Assembly: GCA_001643675.2 (NCBI GenBank)
Contig: LSRY02000008.1
Location: 1,612,001-1,676,000, forward strand
Direction: 5' to 3'
DNA length: 64,000 bases
DNA from: Monocercomonoides exilis PA203
Taxonomy: Eukaryota; Protista; Preaxostyla
Position numbers and translations under genes: made by a program. Shown piece by piece: positions 11,944-24,340 of this stretch. The number at the start of each line of letters is the position of its first letter. The first letter of the stretch is position 1. The notes under the pieces are model-generated. The model was not told where the DNA came from. It saw only the letters and a program-made list of their open reading frames with translations, and did no database searches.

Positions 11944-13397
11944 ATGCTCCTTGTATCCCTCTCTCACCTGACATTTTTCAATATTTCAACAGCAACATCG
12001 GAATGCTCGCCTTCAACAACTACGTCAACCCAAACCTCGTGTTTTATGAGCAGCTGCTCGTTCTCATCAGTTTGCGACGCATATGATGGCGGAATTGTTC
12101 CTTCTCTGAACAGCCCCTTGGCTTCCTTATCTGTTTCGAACACATCATTCATTGGGTGTTGTCGAACAAAAATGTTGTTTGCGAAGGAACATCAGACAGA
12201 AAGTTGACTCCAGGGAGACAAAACGCAACATTCAATGGAGCAAATTCATTCACTTGGTGCGAATGGAATGGATCAAAGACGACTGGAAACAAAGATGATT
12301 ACGCAGATGAAGCTTCTAACGGTGGAGCAATTCGAATGTTTAACCTCAATTCAGGAGAACTAACAGTTTCTCATTGTGCATTCAACGACTGCTATGCATA
12401 TTATGGCGGAGGCGGAATCATGTGCCGTTCAATCAAGTCAGTTGATATAACAAACAATTTATTCAACGCTTGCAATGCTCAAAACAATGCTGGAGGGGGA
12501 TTGTATGTTGTATTAATTTCATCATGTGTTCGGATCAGCGGATGTGAATTCCAGGATTGTAAAGCAAATGGCGCTGGAGGAGGACTTTATTTAGATAATT
12601 TTTATGTTTCAGGATCAGGATGCATTGGAGCTGAAAATGAAGGTGGGGAGGGTGCATGTGTGTTTGACTGCAGTTTCACTTCATGCTCGCTGTCTGGAAA
12701 TAGTGGCGGAGGGATGTGTTGTCAAAATATCCCTGCGACTCAGTTCAAAATGAGGAGCATTCAGTTTATTTCATGTTCAGCAATGGGATATGGAGGAGGA
12801 TTATATTTTCATCCAAATAAGCAAACAGATCAAAATAATACATTCTATTGTTATTTTTTGTTCTTCCATGAATGCAAGTGCAGAACTACATCCACTCCAT
12901 ATGGGCATGATGTTGAATATGTTGATACTTACGATGTCTATTTGAACTCAGGAAATCCATTTTGCGAATGCTACACCACAAACACGAATGAACAGAGAAT
13001 GTGTTATGCATACAACTACTCGAATGCAAACACCTGGTATTTTCAGTACACAGAAAAGAAGGAATGGCTGAAGGACAAGACGATCTATGTGTCAGCGAAT
13101 GGAAATGATACATCTCCACTTTGTGGGTCAAATGAATCAAATCCATGTCTGACAGTGAAGAAGGCGTTTGAGATGTGTGAGGTGCAGATTAGCTTGGCAA
13201 TCACGCTGATGGAAGGAAATCACACAAGCGAGACAACAACTATTAAGATTGGAGAAAAGAAGATTTCGGTCATTGGGACGGGCAAAGATAAAAGTTCGAT
13301 TGGAACAGGAGCATTTTCATCATCGTTATTTTTTTTCTCTTCCTCTTCTTCGCTTTCTTCGTCATACTCGTCAGTCTTTAAGATTTTGGTTGCATGA
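11944..13397 (+). pseudogene. Cassette C, left-arm copy, split by a 1-bp A-run difference (possible sequencing error)
   Basis: ORFs 11944-12207 plus 12156-13397 equal the intact mirror ORF 21528-22982. The run is A5 at ~12168 versus A6 in the mirror. Confidence 0.8.
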
Positions 13398-14127
13398 ATT
13401 GTTCGAGTGCGAGCGAAGCTGAGATTGGAAATAAGCAGCAATTTTTGGAGCAGAAGAGAAGCAATGCTATTGGCTGTGATACTGGCAGCTGAGACATAGC
13501 AGATGGGTTTTGCAAGCAGAAAGGAGCAATATTTTGAAAGACAAAAGATGATGATGAAGAAGAATATGTAAATGAAGTGTGATTATTTTTGAAGCTCATG
13601 AAATAAAAATGTTTCTTTTTCAATTTTTTCTTTTCAATTTTTCAAATATTTTCTTTTAATGATATTGGAATGTTTGCACAAATTCCCAATGCCAATGCAC
13701 TCGCAAGGAATATGGAAAGATGGCGTTTTGACATTTTTGCTCAGCAAAAGGTTCAACGGTTTTTGTATAGATAAAGGAAAATGCGGGCTCAACAATGGAA
13801 ACGAATAGAAGAGGAGTCCTTTTATTGCTTTGTGAGGCATATAGTGCAGTCATGCCAAAAGAAAAGAAAAAAAGAAAAACTGATGAAATGACAGAAGAAG
13901 GAGTCTGACGAGAGATTGAGAAGAAGAAATATTTTTTGGAACTTCGATTGAAAGAGAAAGTTTTATGAAAATCTGATGAAAGCGAAGAAAGAAGGGAAAG
14001 AGAAGATGGATTATATGATTTTGAGGGATGCTTGAAGAAAAATAGAAAGAAAGAAGAAGTGGAAGAAATATTTATATGAGAGAGTTGTGGAACTCAACTG
14101 TTGAGTTGAAGAGGGCAGGGCTGGTGG

Positions 14128-15858
14128 TTGGGGGTGAGTGGAAGGAAAGGGAGCGTGGTTGTGATGAGGGGGTGTGTTGTGGAGATGGGGAAGGACAATG
14201 AGGGAGGGGCATTTGATCTGAGTGGGAGCATTGGAGTGTTGAGGAACATCACATTGAAAGGGTGGAGAAGAGGGGGTGAGATATACTCGGGAAGGCTGTT
14301 TGGAGGGAAGGGATATGGAGGGGAGAAGGGTGGAAGTGAAGAAAAAGGAGGAGAAGGAGGAGAAAGAGATAGAGGAAAAGGAAGAGAAGGAGATGGATAT
14401 GGAGAAGGCATTGAAGGGAGTATTTCGGTGAGTGAATCACGCTTCTCTTCTTTTTGTGTCTCATCAGCCCCATTCCTTTCATCCCCTTCAATACCCCTTG
14501 TATCCCTCTCTCGCCTGACATTTTTCAACATCTCGACAGCAAATGAGGCATGCTTGCCTTCAACCACTTCCTCATCCCAAACCACTTGTTTTATGAGCAG
14601 CTGCTCCTTTTCATCAGTTTGCGACATATATGATGGCGGAATTGTTCCTTCCCTCAACAACCCCTATGCCTCTCTGACTGCCTCAAACACCTCATTTGTT
14701 GGGTGTTGCAGGACAAGAAATGTTGTTTGCGAAGGAACAAAAACTAATAAGCTGGCTCCAGGAAGACAAAATGAAACATTCAATGGAGCAAATTCATTTA
14801 TTTGGTGTGAATGGAATGGATCGAGGGCAACAGGAGAAAGTGACTCGTATACTGATGGAATATCGAGTGGAGGAGCCATCTGCATGTACAGTCAATCATC
14901 TGCCTCTGTGTCTGTTTCTCATTGTGTGTTTAATGGATGTATTGCACATTATGCTGGAGGAGGAATTAATTGCTTCAATATTTCATCAGTTGAGATTGTG
15001 AACAACACCTTTGATTCTTGTAACGCTCAAAATCGTTATGGTGGTGGAGTATTTGTTTATACGATTTCGTCGTGTGTTCGTATCAGCGGATGTGAATTTC
15101 AGAATTGCAAAACAGTTAATTATGGAGGAGGACTTTATCTTGATAATTTTAATGTTTCAGGAACAGGATGCATTCCAATAGAAAAGGGGGAGAGTGCGTG
15201 TGTTTGACTGTACTTTCACTCTATGTTCAGTCACAAACAATTATGGTGGAGGTATGTATTGCGTCACTATTCCTAATCCATTTAAAATGAGGAGCATTCA
15301 GTTTATTTCGTGCTCAGCATCTGCACATGGTGGAGGTTTGAGATTGCACCCAAACAGACCAACAGCACCTGATGATGGAATCTATTGTTATTTCCTTTTT
15401 TCCACGAGTGCAAATGTTCTAACAACCCCTCTTACGGCCATGATGTAATGTATCATGATTACTACAGTGTCTTTTTATCTTCTAATAATCCATTCTATGA
15501 ATGTTACACCACAAACACAGATGACAAGAGAGTGTGCTACGGATATAATTATGCAAATGCAAGTGCTTGGACATATCAGCACACGGAAAAGAAGGATTGG
15601 CTGAAGGACAAGACAATTTATGTGTCAGTGAGCGGGAATGACCTGAATAAGCTGTGTGGAGCAAATGAAACATTTCCTTGTCTGACAGTGAAGAAAGCGT
15701 TTGAGATGAGTAAGATACAAATTAGTTTGACAATCACACTGATGGACGGGAATCATCAAAGCAAACTTATTGCGATTAAGGCTAGTGATGCCAAAAATAA
15801 GTGGATGAAAAGCGTATTCGCTTTTATTGTAATGGCGATCATTCCAATTCTTACATAA
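14128..15858 (+). pseudogene. Cassette D, left-arm copy, split by simple-repeat indels (possible sequencing errors)
   Basis: ORFs 14128-15207, 15194-15448 and 15385-15858 together match the mirror ORF 19052-20791, apart from a 6-bp in-frame loss at ~15185. The frameshifts are -2 in a GT repeat (~15200) and -1 in a T run (~15398). Confidence 0.8.
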
Positions 15859-16852
15859 AGTCAGTTTCTTGCTCCTTTTTGTTGAATATCTTTTCTTTCA
15901 CAAACATGGAAAGAATATGGAATGTTTCTGGCTGAGAAGATGACGGAGCAACTTTAAAAAATTAAAAGATGAAGATGAAATGAAAATGACCCTCAGAGAA
16001 GATAGCTTCAAAGCACGTTCGGCTAGTGAATCTTAATCAAGAAAAAAGGAAAAGATAACACGCTTACAAAGGAAATGTTGAATGTGTTTGAGTATAATAA
16101 AAATTAACAAGCGATTTTTTTTATTTTTTTATGATTTACATATCCATTCATTTATATCGAAAGGCATCTTCATTACGCGTTTTCTTCAACAGCTACGTCC
16201 TGATATCCATATTTTTTTATATTTTTAAGATGGCGTAAGTGGTTTGCTTCTGAACGTAGAATTTAGAGTTATGATTTCTGTTTGGCCAATAAAGCAGTTA
16301 GAAAAAAATCAAAAATTTTTCGAGGTCATCATTTGTTTGAACTGAAGAGAGAAAGTTTAATGATAAAAAATTAATTTCAACTTACTCCCTTTTGATTTTG
16401 CAAATGTGTTGAAAAGATAAAGGAAAATGCTCGAAAGTCTGAAACAATAGCATTTTAACTTTAAGTTCATACTATAAATAAAATTCAATCTTAAAAAATA
16501 ATTATAAATTAAATATTAAATATTAAGCCTGTGTTGCAAGTGTAAAAATCCCTCACCACATCCGTCAAATTGAATTATTCTCGTTAAAGAAAAAAATATT
16601 TTGAAAAATCAAACAATAAAAATATATGATAAGCTTTCTTTAAATTCTTCGTCATGTTTATTTTGTTCCGGATCAATGTTTTCTGCAATGACAGAACTGA
16701 CAGCAGTTAACTTCATTGATAATTTTTGATCAAAACAATCCAATTATGTCATTACGGTCAATTTCCCATAATCGGTTACAAATCAATATTTTATTTTTAA
16801 TTTTTATGAAAAAAAGTAATATTTATTATTTTTGATCGTTTCAATTGTTTTT

Positions 16853-17108
16853 ATGGCAAATGGAGAAGATCCTGGTACCACATGATCAACGCCCTTAATT
16901 AATTAAATTTTGTTATTTATTCTTATTGTGCTCATAAGGTTTTAGGGTTTTGACGAATTAAACAAGTTCATATTGGATATTGTGATGGTTTATGGTTTTA
17001 CCGAGCAAAATAAGGGTTAGGGTTAACCCTAGAAGAGATTTTCAAAATGAAAATGATATAAATAGTGGGTAGGATCACCTTGGTACCAGGATCTACTCCA
17101 CTGGCCGT
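16853..17108. mobile_element. 256-bp imperfect-TIR element containing telomere-like repeats (mirror copy ~17787-18042)
   Basis: Left end atggcaaatggagaagatcctggtaccacatgatc versus rc of right end acggccagtggagtagatcctggtaccaaggtgatc. TTTT on both flanks; internal gggttagggttaaccctag. Confidence 0.65.
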
Positions 17109-17139
17109 TTTTATTATTAATAAAATTTATTTATTAATA

Positions 17140-17755
17140 CAGTCTAAATCGGATATAATCACATCGGTTTTTGCACAACTTTTTGTGATTATATCCGATT
17201 GTGATAATATGCGATGCTGCTTAACACAGAAAAAAATAAAAATTAATTACAGATATCGCATAAAATACCCGACATCGCACAAAATACCGGACAAGATCGA
17301 TTTCACAACAACTGCAAGAGGAATAATTCTGACAATTTTCCTCAAAATACATCTCTTCAATACAAACTCAATTGATAAATGTGACTTTCTAAACAGCTTC
17401 ATTTGTGCTCAGAAAAATTAAATGTCGAAAACTCGGAAAAACTCAAAATCCAATTTCTCCGAGATTTTTTAAATAATTTTCTGTTAGCACAAATGGAGCT
17501 ATTTTGAAAGTCTCGTTCATCAAATGAGTTTGTATTGATGAGATGTATTTTGAGGAAAATTGTCAGAATTATTCCTCTTGCAGTTGTTGTGAAATCGATC
17601 TTGTCCGGTATTTTGTGCGATGTCGGGTATTTTATGCGATATCTGTAATTAATTTTTATTTTTTTCTGTGTTAAGCAGCATCGCATATTATCACAATCGG
17701 ATATAATCACAAAAAGTTGTGCAAAAACCGATGTGATTATATCCGATTTAGACTG
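17140..17755. mobile_element. pogo/Tigger-like non-autonomous TIR element forming the centre of P1 (616 bp)
   Basis: TA|CAGTCTAAATCGGATATAATCACATCGG terminus (TA-CAGT ends are typical of pogo/Tc1-type elements) and a perfect 17-bp subterminal inverted repeat 17147-17163/17184-17200. End symmetry is not independent evidence, because the element lies on the palindrome axis. Confidence 0.55.
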
Positions 17756-19051
17756 TATTAATAAATAAATTTTATTAATAATAAAAACGGCCAGTGGAGT
17801 AGATCCTGGTACCAAGGTGATCCTACCCACTATTTATATCATTTTCATTTTGAAAATCTCTTCTAGGGTTAACCCTAACCCTTATTTTGCTCGGTAAAAC
17901 CATAAACCATCACAATATCCAATATGAACTTGTTTAATTCGTCAAAACCCTAAAACCTTATGAGCACAATAAGAATAAATAACAAAATTTAATTAATTAA
18001 GGGCGTTGATCATGTGGTACCAGGATCTTCTCCATTTGCCATAAAAACAATTGAAACGATCAAAAATAATAAATATTACTTTTTTTCATAAAAATTAAAA
18101 ATAAAATATTGATTTGTAACCGATTATGGGAAATTGACCGTAATGACATAATTGGATTGTTTTGATCAAAAATTATCAATGAAGTTAACTGCTGTCAGTT
18201 CTGTCATTGCAGAAAACATTGATCCGGAACAAAATAAACATGACGAAGAATTTAAAGAAAGCTTATCATATATTTTTATTGTTTGATTTTTCAAAATATT
18301 TTTTTTTTCTTTAACGAGAATAATTCAATTTGACGGATGTGGTGAGGGATTTTTACACTTGCAACACAGGCTTAATATTTAATATTTAATTTATAATTAT
18401 TTTTTTTTAAGATTGAATTTTATTTATAGTATGAACTTAAAGTTAAAATGCTATTGTTTCAGACTTTCGAGCATTTTCCTTTATCTTTTTCAACACATTT
18501 GCAAAATCAAAAGGGAGTAAGTTGAAATTAATTTTTTTATCATTAAACTTTCTCTCTTCAGTTCAAACAAATGATGACCTCGAAAAAATTTTTTTGATTT
18601 TTTTTTCTAACTGCTTTATTGGCCAAACAGAAATCATAACTCTAAATTCTACGTTCAGAAGCAAACCACTTACGCCATCTTAAAAATATAAAAAAAAATA
18701 TGGATATCAGGACGTAGCTGTTGAAGAAAACGCGTAATGAAGATGCCTTTCGATATAAATGAATGGATATGTAAATCATAAAAAAATAAAAAAAATCGCT
18801 TGTTAATTTTTATTATACTCAAACACATTCAACATTTCCTTTGTAAGCGTGTTATCTTTTTCTTTTTTCTTGATTAAGATTCACTAGCCGAACGTGCTTT
18901 GAAGCTATCTTCTCTGAGGGTCATTTTCATTTCATCTTCATCTTTTAATTTTTTAAAGTTGCTCCGTCATCTTCTCAGCCAGAAACATTCCATATTCTTT
19001 CCATGTTTGTGAAAGAAAAGATATTCAACAAAAAGGAGCAAGAAACTGACT

Positions 19052-20791
19052 TTATGTAAGAATTGGAATGATCGCCATTACAATAAAAGCGAATACGCTT
19101 TTCATCCACTTATTTTTGGCATCACTAGCCTTAATCGCAATAAGTTTGCTTTGATGATTCCCGTCCATCAGTGTGATTGTCAAACTAATTTGTATCTTAC
19201 TCATCTCAAACGCTTTCTTCACTGTCAGACAAGGAAATGTTTCATTTGCTCCACACAGCTTATTCAGGTCATTCCCGCTCACTGACACATAAATTGTCTT
19301 GTCCTTCAGCCAATCCTTCTTTTCCGTGTGCTGATATGTCCAAGCACTTGCATTTGCATAATTATATCCGTAGCACACTCTCTTGTCATCTGTGTTTGTG
19401 GTGTAACATTCATAGAATGGATTATTAGAAGATAAAAAGACACTGTAGTAATCATGATACATTACATCATGGCCGTAAGAGGGGTTGTTAGAACATTTGC
19501 ACTCGTGGAAAAAAAGGAAATAACAATAGATTCCATCATCAGGTGCTGTTGGTCTGTTTGGGTGCAATCTCAAACCTCCACCATGTGCAGATGCTGAGCA
19601 CGAAATAAACTGAATGCTCCTCATTTTAAATGGATTAGGAATAGTGACGCAATACATACCTCCACCATAATTGTTTGTGACTGAACATAGAGTGAAAGTA
19701 CAGTCAAACACACACGCACTCTCCCCTTCCCCTTTTTCTATTGGAATGCATCCTGTTCCTGAAACATTAAAATTATCAAGATAAAGTCCTCCTCCATAAT
19801 TAACTGTTTTGCAATTCTGAAATTCACATCCGCTGATACGAACACACGACGAAATCGTATAAACAAATACTCCACCACCATAACGATTTTGAGCGTTACA
19901 AGAATCAAAGGTGTTGTTCACAATCTCAACTGATGAAATATTGAAGCAATTAATTCCTCCTCCAGCATAATGTGCAATACATCCATTAAACACACAATGA
20001 GAAACAGACACAGAGGCAGATGATTGACTGTACATGCAGATGGCTCCTCCACTCGATATTCCATCAGTATACGAGTCACTTTCTCCTGTTGCCCTCGATC
20101 CATTCCATTCACACCAAATAAATGAATTTGCTCCATTGAATGTTTCATTTTGTCTTCCTGGAGCCAGCTTATTAGTTTTTGTTCCTTCGCAAACAACATT
20201 TCTTGTCCTGCAACACCCAACAAATGAGGTGTTTGAGGCAGTCAGAGAGGCATAGGGGTTGTTGAGGGAAGGAACAATTCCGCCATCATATATGTCGCAA
20301 ACTGATGAAAAGGAGCAGCTGCTCATAAAACAAGTGGTTTGGGATGAGGAAGTGGTTGAAGGCAAGCATGCCTCATTTGCTGTCGAGATGTTGAAAAATG
20401 TCAGGCGAGAGAGGGATACAAGGGGTATTGAAGGGGATGAAAGGAATGGGGCTGATGAGACACAAAAAGAAGAGAAGCGTGATTCACTCACCGAAATACT
20501 CCCTTCAATGCCTTCTCCATATCCATCTCCTTCTCTTCCTTTTCCTCTATCTCTTTCTCCTCCTTCTCCTCCTTTTTCTTCACTTCCGCCCTTCTCCCCT
20601 CCATATCCCTTCCCTCCAAACAGCCTTCCCGAGTATATCTCACCCCCTCTTCTCCACCCTTTCAATGTGATGTTCCTCAACACTCCAATGCTCCCACTCA
20701 GATCAAATGCCCCTCCCTCATTGTCCTTCCCCATCTCCACAACACACCCCCTCACCACAACCACGCTCCCTTTCCTTCCACTCACCCCCAA
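19052..20791 (-). CDS. Cassette D, right-arm copy, intact; ends in a hydrophobic tail
   Basis: 579-aa ORF with Gly/Glu-rich N-terminal region, full core, and C-terminus KWMKSVFAFIVMAIIPILT. Confidence 0.8.
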   Translation of the reverse strand: MGVSGRKGSVVVVRGCVVEMGKDNEGGAFDLSGSIGVLRNITLKGWRRGGEIYSGRLFGGKGYGGEKGGSEEKGGEGGERDRGKGREGDGYGEGIEGSISVSESRFSSFCVSSAPFLSSPSIPLVSLSRLTFFNISTANEACLPSTTSSSQTTCFMSSCSFSSVCDIYDGGIVPSLNNPYASLTASNTSFVGCCRTRNVVCEGTKTNKLAPGRQNETFNGANSFIWCEWNGSRATGESDSYTDGISSGGAICMYSQSSASVSVSHCVFNGCIAHYAGGGINCFNISSVEIVNNTFDSCNAQNRYGGGVFVYTISSCVRISGCEFQNCKTVNYGGGLYLDNFNVSGTGCIPIEKGEGESACVFDCTFTLCSVTNNYGGGMYCVTIPNPFKMRSIQFISCSASAHGGGLRLHPNRPTAPDDGIYCYFLFFHECKCSNNPSYGHDVMYHDYYSVFLSSNNPFYECYTTNTDDKRVCYGYNYANASAWTYQHTEKKDWLKDKTIYVSVSGNDLNKLCGANETFPCLTVKKAFEMSKIQISLTITLMDGNHQSKLIAIKASDAKNKWMKSVFAFIVMAIIPILT

Positions 20792-21527
20792 CCACCAGCC
20801 CTGCCCTCTTCAACTCAACAGTTGAGTTCCACAACTCTCTCATATAAATATTTCTTCCACTTCTTCTTTCTTTCTATTTTTCTTCAAGCATCCCTCAAAA
20901 TCATATAATCCATCTTCTCTTTCCCTTCTTTCTTCGCTTTCATCAGATTTTCATAAAACTTTCTCTTTCAATCGAAGTTCCAAAAAAAATATTTCTTCTT
21001 CTCAATCTCTCGTCAGACTCCTTCTTCTGTCATTTCATCAGTTTTTTTCTTTTTTTTTCTTTTCTTTTGGCATGACTGCACTATATGCCTCACAAAGCAA
21101 TAAAAGGACTCCTCTTCTATTCGTTTCCATTGTTGAGCCCGCATTTTCCTTTATCTATACAAAAACCGTTGAACCTTTTGCTGAGCAAAAATGTCAAAAC
21201 GCCATCTTTCCATATTCCTTGCGAGTGCATTGGCATTGGGAATTTGTGCAAACATTCCAATATCATTAAAAGAAAATATTTGAAAAATTGAAAAAGAAAA
21301 ATTGAAAAAGAAACATTTTTATTTCATGAGCTTCAAAAATAATCACACTTCATTTACATATTCTTCTTCATCATCATCTTTTGTCTTTCAAAATATTGCT
21401 CCTTTCTGCTTGCAAAACCCATCTGCTATGTCTCAGCTGCCAGTATCACAGCCAATAGCATTGCTTCTCTTCTGCTCCAAAAATTGCTGCTTATTTCCAA
21501 TCTCAGCTTCGCTCGCACTCGAACAAT

Positions 21528-22982
21528 TCATGCAACCAAAATCTTAAAGACTGACGAGTATGACGAAGAAAGCGAAGAAGAGGAAGAGAAAAAAAATAAC
21601 GATGATGAAAATGCTCCTGTTCCAATCGAACTTTTATCTTTGCCCGTCCCAATGACCGAAATCTTCTTTTCTCCAATCTTAATAGTTGTTGTCTCGCTTG
21701 TGTGATTTCCTTCCATCAGCGTGATTGCCAAGCTAATCTGCACCTCACACATCTCAAACGCCTTCTTCACTGTCAGACATGGATTTGATTCATTTGACCC
21801 ACAAAGTGGAGATGTATCATTTCCATTCGCTGACACATAGATCGTCTTGTCCTTCAGCCATTCCTTCTTTTCTGTGTACTGAAAATACCAGGTGTTTGCA
21901 TTCGAGTAGTTGTATGCATAACACATTCTCTGTTCATTCGTGTTTGTGGTGTAGCATTCGCAAAATGGATTTCCTGAGTTCAAATAGACATCGTAAGTAT
22001 CAACATATTCAACATCATGCCCATATGGAGTGGATGTAGTTCTGCACTTGCATTCATGGAAGAACAAAAAATAACAATAGAATGTATTATTTTGATCTGT
22101 TTGCTTATTTGGATGAAAATATAATCCTCCTCCATATCCCATTGCTGAACATGAAATAAACTGAATGCTCCTCATTTTGAACTGAGTCGCAGGGATATTT
22201 TGACAACACATCCCTCCGCCACTATTTCCAGACAGCGAGCATGAAGTGAAACTGCAGTCAAACACACATGCACCCTCCCCACCTTCATTTTCAGCTCCAA
22301 TGCATCCTGATCCTGAAACATAAAAATTATCTAAATAAAGTCCTCCTCCAGCGCCATTTGCTTTACAATCCTGGAATTCACATCCGCTGATCCGAACACA
22401 TGATGAAATTAATACAACATACAATCCCCCTCCAGCATTGTTTTGAGCATTGCAAGCGTTGAATAAATTGTTTGTTATATCAACTGACTTGATTGAACGG
22501 CACATGATTCCGCCTCCGCCATAATATGCATAGCAGTCGTTGAATGCACAATGAGAAACTGTTAGTTCTCCTGAATTGAGGTTAAACATTCGAATTGCTC
22601 CACCGTTAGAAGCTTCATCTGCGTAATCATCTTTGTTTCCAGTCGTCTTTGATCCATTCCATTCGCACCAAGTGAATGAATTTGCTCCATTGAATGTTGC
22701 GTTTTGTCTCCCTGGAGTCAACTTTCTGTCTGATGTTCCTTCGCAAACAACATTTTTTGTTCGACAACACCCAATGAATGATGTGTTCGAAACAGATAAG
22801 GAAGCCAAGGGGCTGTTCAGAGAAGGAACAATTCCGCCATCATATGCGTCGCAAACTGATGAGAACGAGCAGCTGCTCATAAAACACGAGGTTTGGGTTG
22901 ACGTAGTTGTTGAAGGCGAGCATTCCGATGTTGCTGTTGAAATATTGAAAAATGTCAGGTGAGAGAGGGATACAAGGAGCAT
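21528..22982 (-). CDS. Cassette C, right-arm copy, intact core
   Basis: 484-aa ORF with all family motifs, ending in a Ser/Phe low-complexity tail. Confidence 0.8.
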   Translation of the reverse strand: MLLVSLSHLTFFNISTATSECSPSTTTSTQTSCFMSSCSFSSVCDAYDGGIVPSLNSPLASLSVSNTSFIGCCRTKNVVCEGTSDRKLTPGRQNATFNGANSFTWCEWNGSKTTGNKDDYADEASNGGAIRMFNLNSGELTVSHCAFNDCYAYYGGGGIMCRSIKSVDITNNLFNACNAQNNAGGGLYVVLISSCVRISGCEFQDCKANGAGGGLYLDNFYVSGSGCIGAENEGGEGACVFDCSFTSCSLSGNSGGGMCCQNIPATQFKMRSIQFISCSAMGYGGGLYFHPNKQTDQNNTFYCYFLFFHECKCRTTSTPYGHDVEYVDTYDVYLNSGNPFCECYTTNTNEQRMCYAYNYSNANTWYFQYTEKKEWLKDKTIYVSANGNDTSPLCGSNESNPCLTVKKAFEMCEVQISLAITLMEGNHTSETTTIKIGEKKISVIGTGKDKSSIGTGAFSSSLFFFSSSSSLSSSYSSVFKILVA

Positions 22983-23534
22983 TGAGGGAGTTGAAAGGAA
23001 TAGGGCTTGATTCTCTCACTGTAATTCTTCCTTCATATTCACTTATTTGCCATTTTCTGATATTTCCCTCCAATCAGCTTGCCTTGCCTCTGAGCGCAAT
23101 CTCGAAAAAATATCCCTGTAAGTTTGCTCCAATTTCTTCTTTCTCTTATCCTGCTTTTTAAATGAATCTTATTAAAAAATAGAAAAGCATTTTCCCCCTT
23201 CAATATCACCAATCAGAAACAGCATTCCAATGCACTTCGCTATCCGCATTCAACAAAATCTCTCTCTTTTTCGACTGTTTTCTTCTTTTGCCTTCTTTCA
23301 AAATTCCATTCGCATCTATTTCCATTGAAATTTCAGCAAATATCTTATCATCTTTTAAAAAAAAATGGGAGAAAAATATGAAAGAAATAAAAAACTGAAG
23401 AAATATTAAATTAAATATCAAGAAATACACATAATATATACATATGAAAGAAAATATGAAAATTAATTCGAAATAAAATATTTAAAACTAAATATAAAAC
23501 ATACGGAAAACCAGCACCATTCACTTTTCGCAAT

Positions 23535-24002
23535 CTTCCCCTTCTTCTTCCCCTTCTTCTTCCCCTTCTTCTTCCCCTTCTTCTTCCCCTTCTTCTTCCC
23601 CTTCTTCTTCCCCTTCTTCTTCCCCTTCTTCTTCCCCTTCTTCTTCCCCTTCTTCTTCCCCCTCTTCTTCCCCTTCTTCTTCCCCTTCTTCTTCCCCTTC
23701 TTCTTCCCCTTCTTCTTCCCCCTCTTCTTCCCCTTCTTCTTCCCCCTCTTCTTCCCCTTCTTCTTCCCCTTCTTCTTCCCCTTCTTCTTCCCCCTCTTCT
23801 TCCCCTTCTTCTTCCCCCTCTTCTTCCCCTTCTTCTTCCCCTTCTTTTTCCCCCTCTTCTTCCCCTTCTTCTTCCCCCTCTTCTTCCCCTTCTTCTTCCC
23901 CTTCTTCTTCCCCTTCTTCTTCCACTTCTTTTTCCCCTTCTTCTTCCCCCTCTTCTTCCACTTCTTCTTCCCCCTCTTCTTCCCCTTCTTCTTCCCCTTC
24001 TT
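23535..24002 (-). repeat. Mirror copy of the (GAAGAAGAAGGG)n minisatellite, ~470 bp
   Basis: (CCCTTCTTCTTC)n tract, in frame throughout (EEEG ORF 23521-24018), about 380 bp shorter than the left-arm copy. Confidence 0.97.
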
Positions 24003-24340
24003 TTCTCATCATCCTCATAAAATTTCTTTTCCTCTTCTCAATCTTGAGCCAAATGTCTCCTTTTATTGCTTCATCGGTTTTCCGATCTTTATTCGATCGC
24101 TTCGACTCCTTCTTTTCAAATCGCTGTTCAAATCTTCAAATCCCTCCTCTTTTCTCCCTTTCAATTTTTGCACCTGCTCACTCCTCTATTCACCCCTTTC
24201 ATTCATTCATCTCAGCCATCATTCCAAAAAATACCCTTCAAATGGCAATCTTTCCATGTTCCATATTCATTCATTCATTCACAGAATATATCCAAGCAAA
24301 ATTCTTAATTCGATGGAGGTGGAGGTGGAAAAATAACAAA

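Noticed and set aside
17065-17830. Mirror ORFs 17065-17421 and 17399-17830 (also 42460-42645/43413-43598 and 30868-31068) as genes
   Set aside because: They have non-ATG starts, AT-rich composition and no motifs, and they run across TIR elements. They are duplicated only because of the palindromes.
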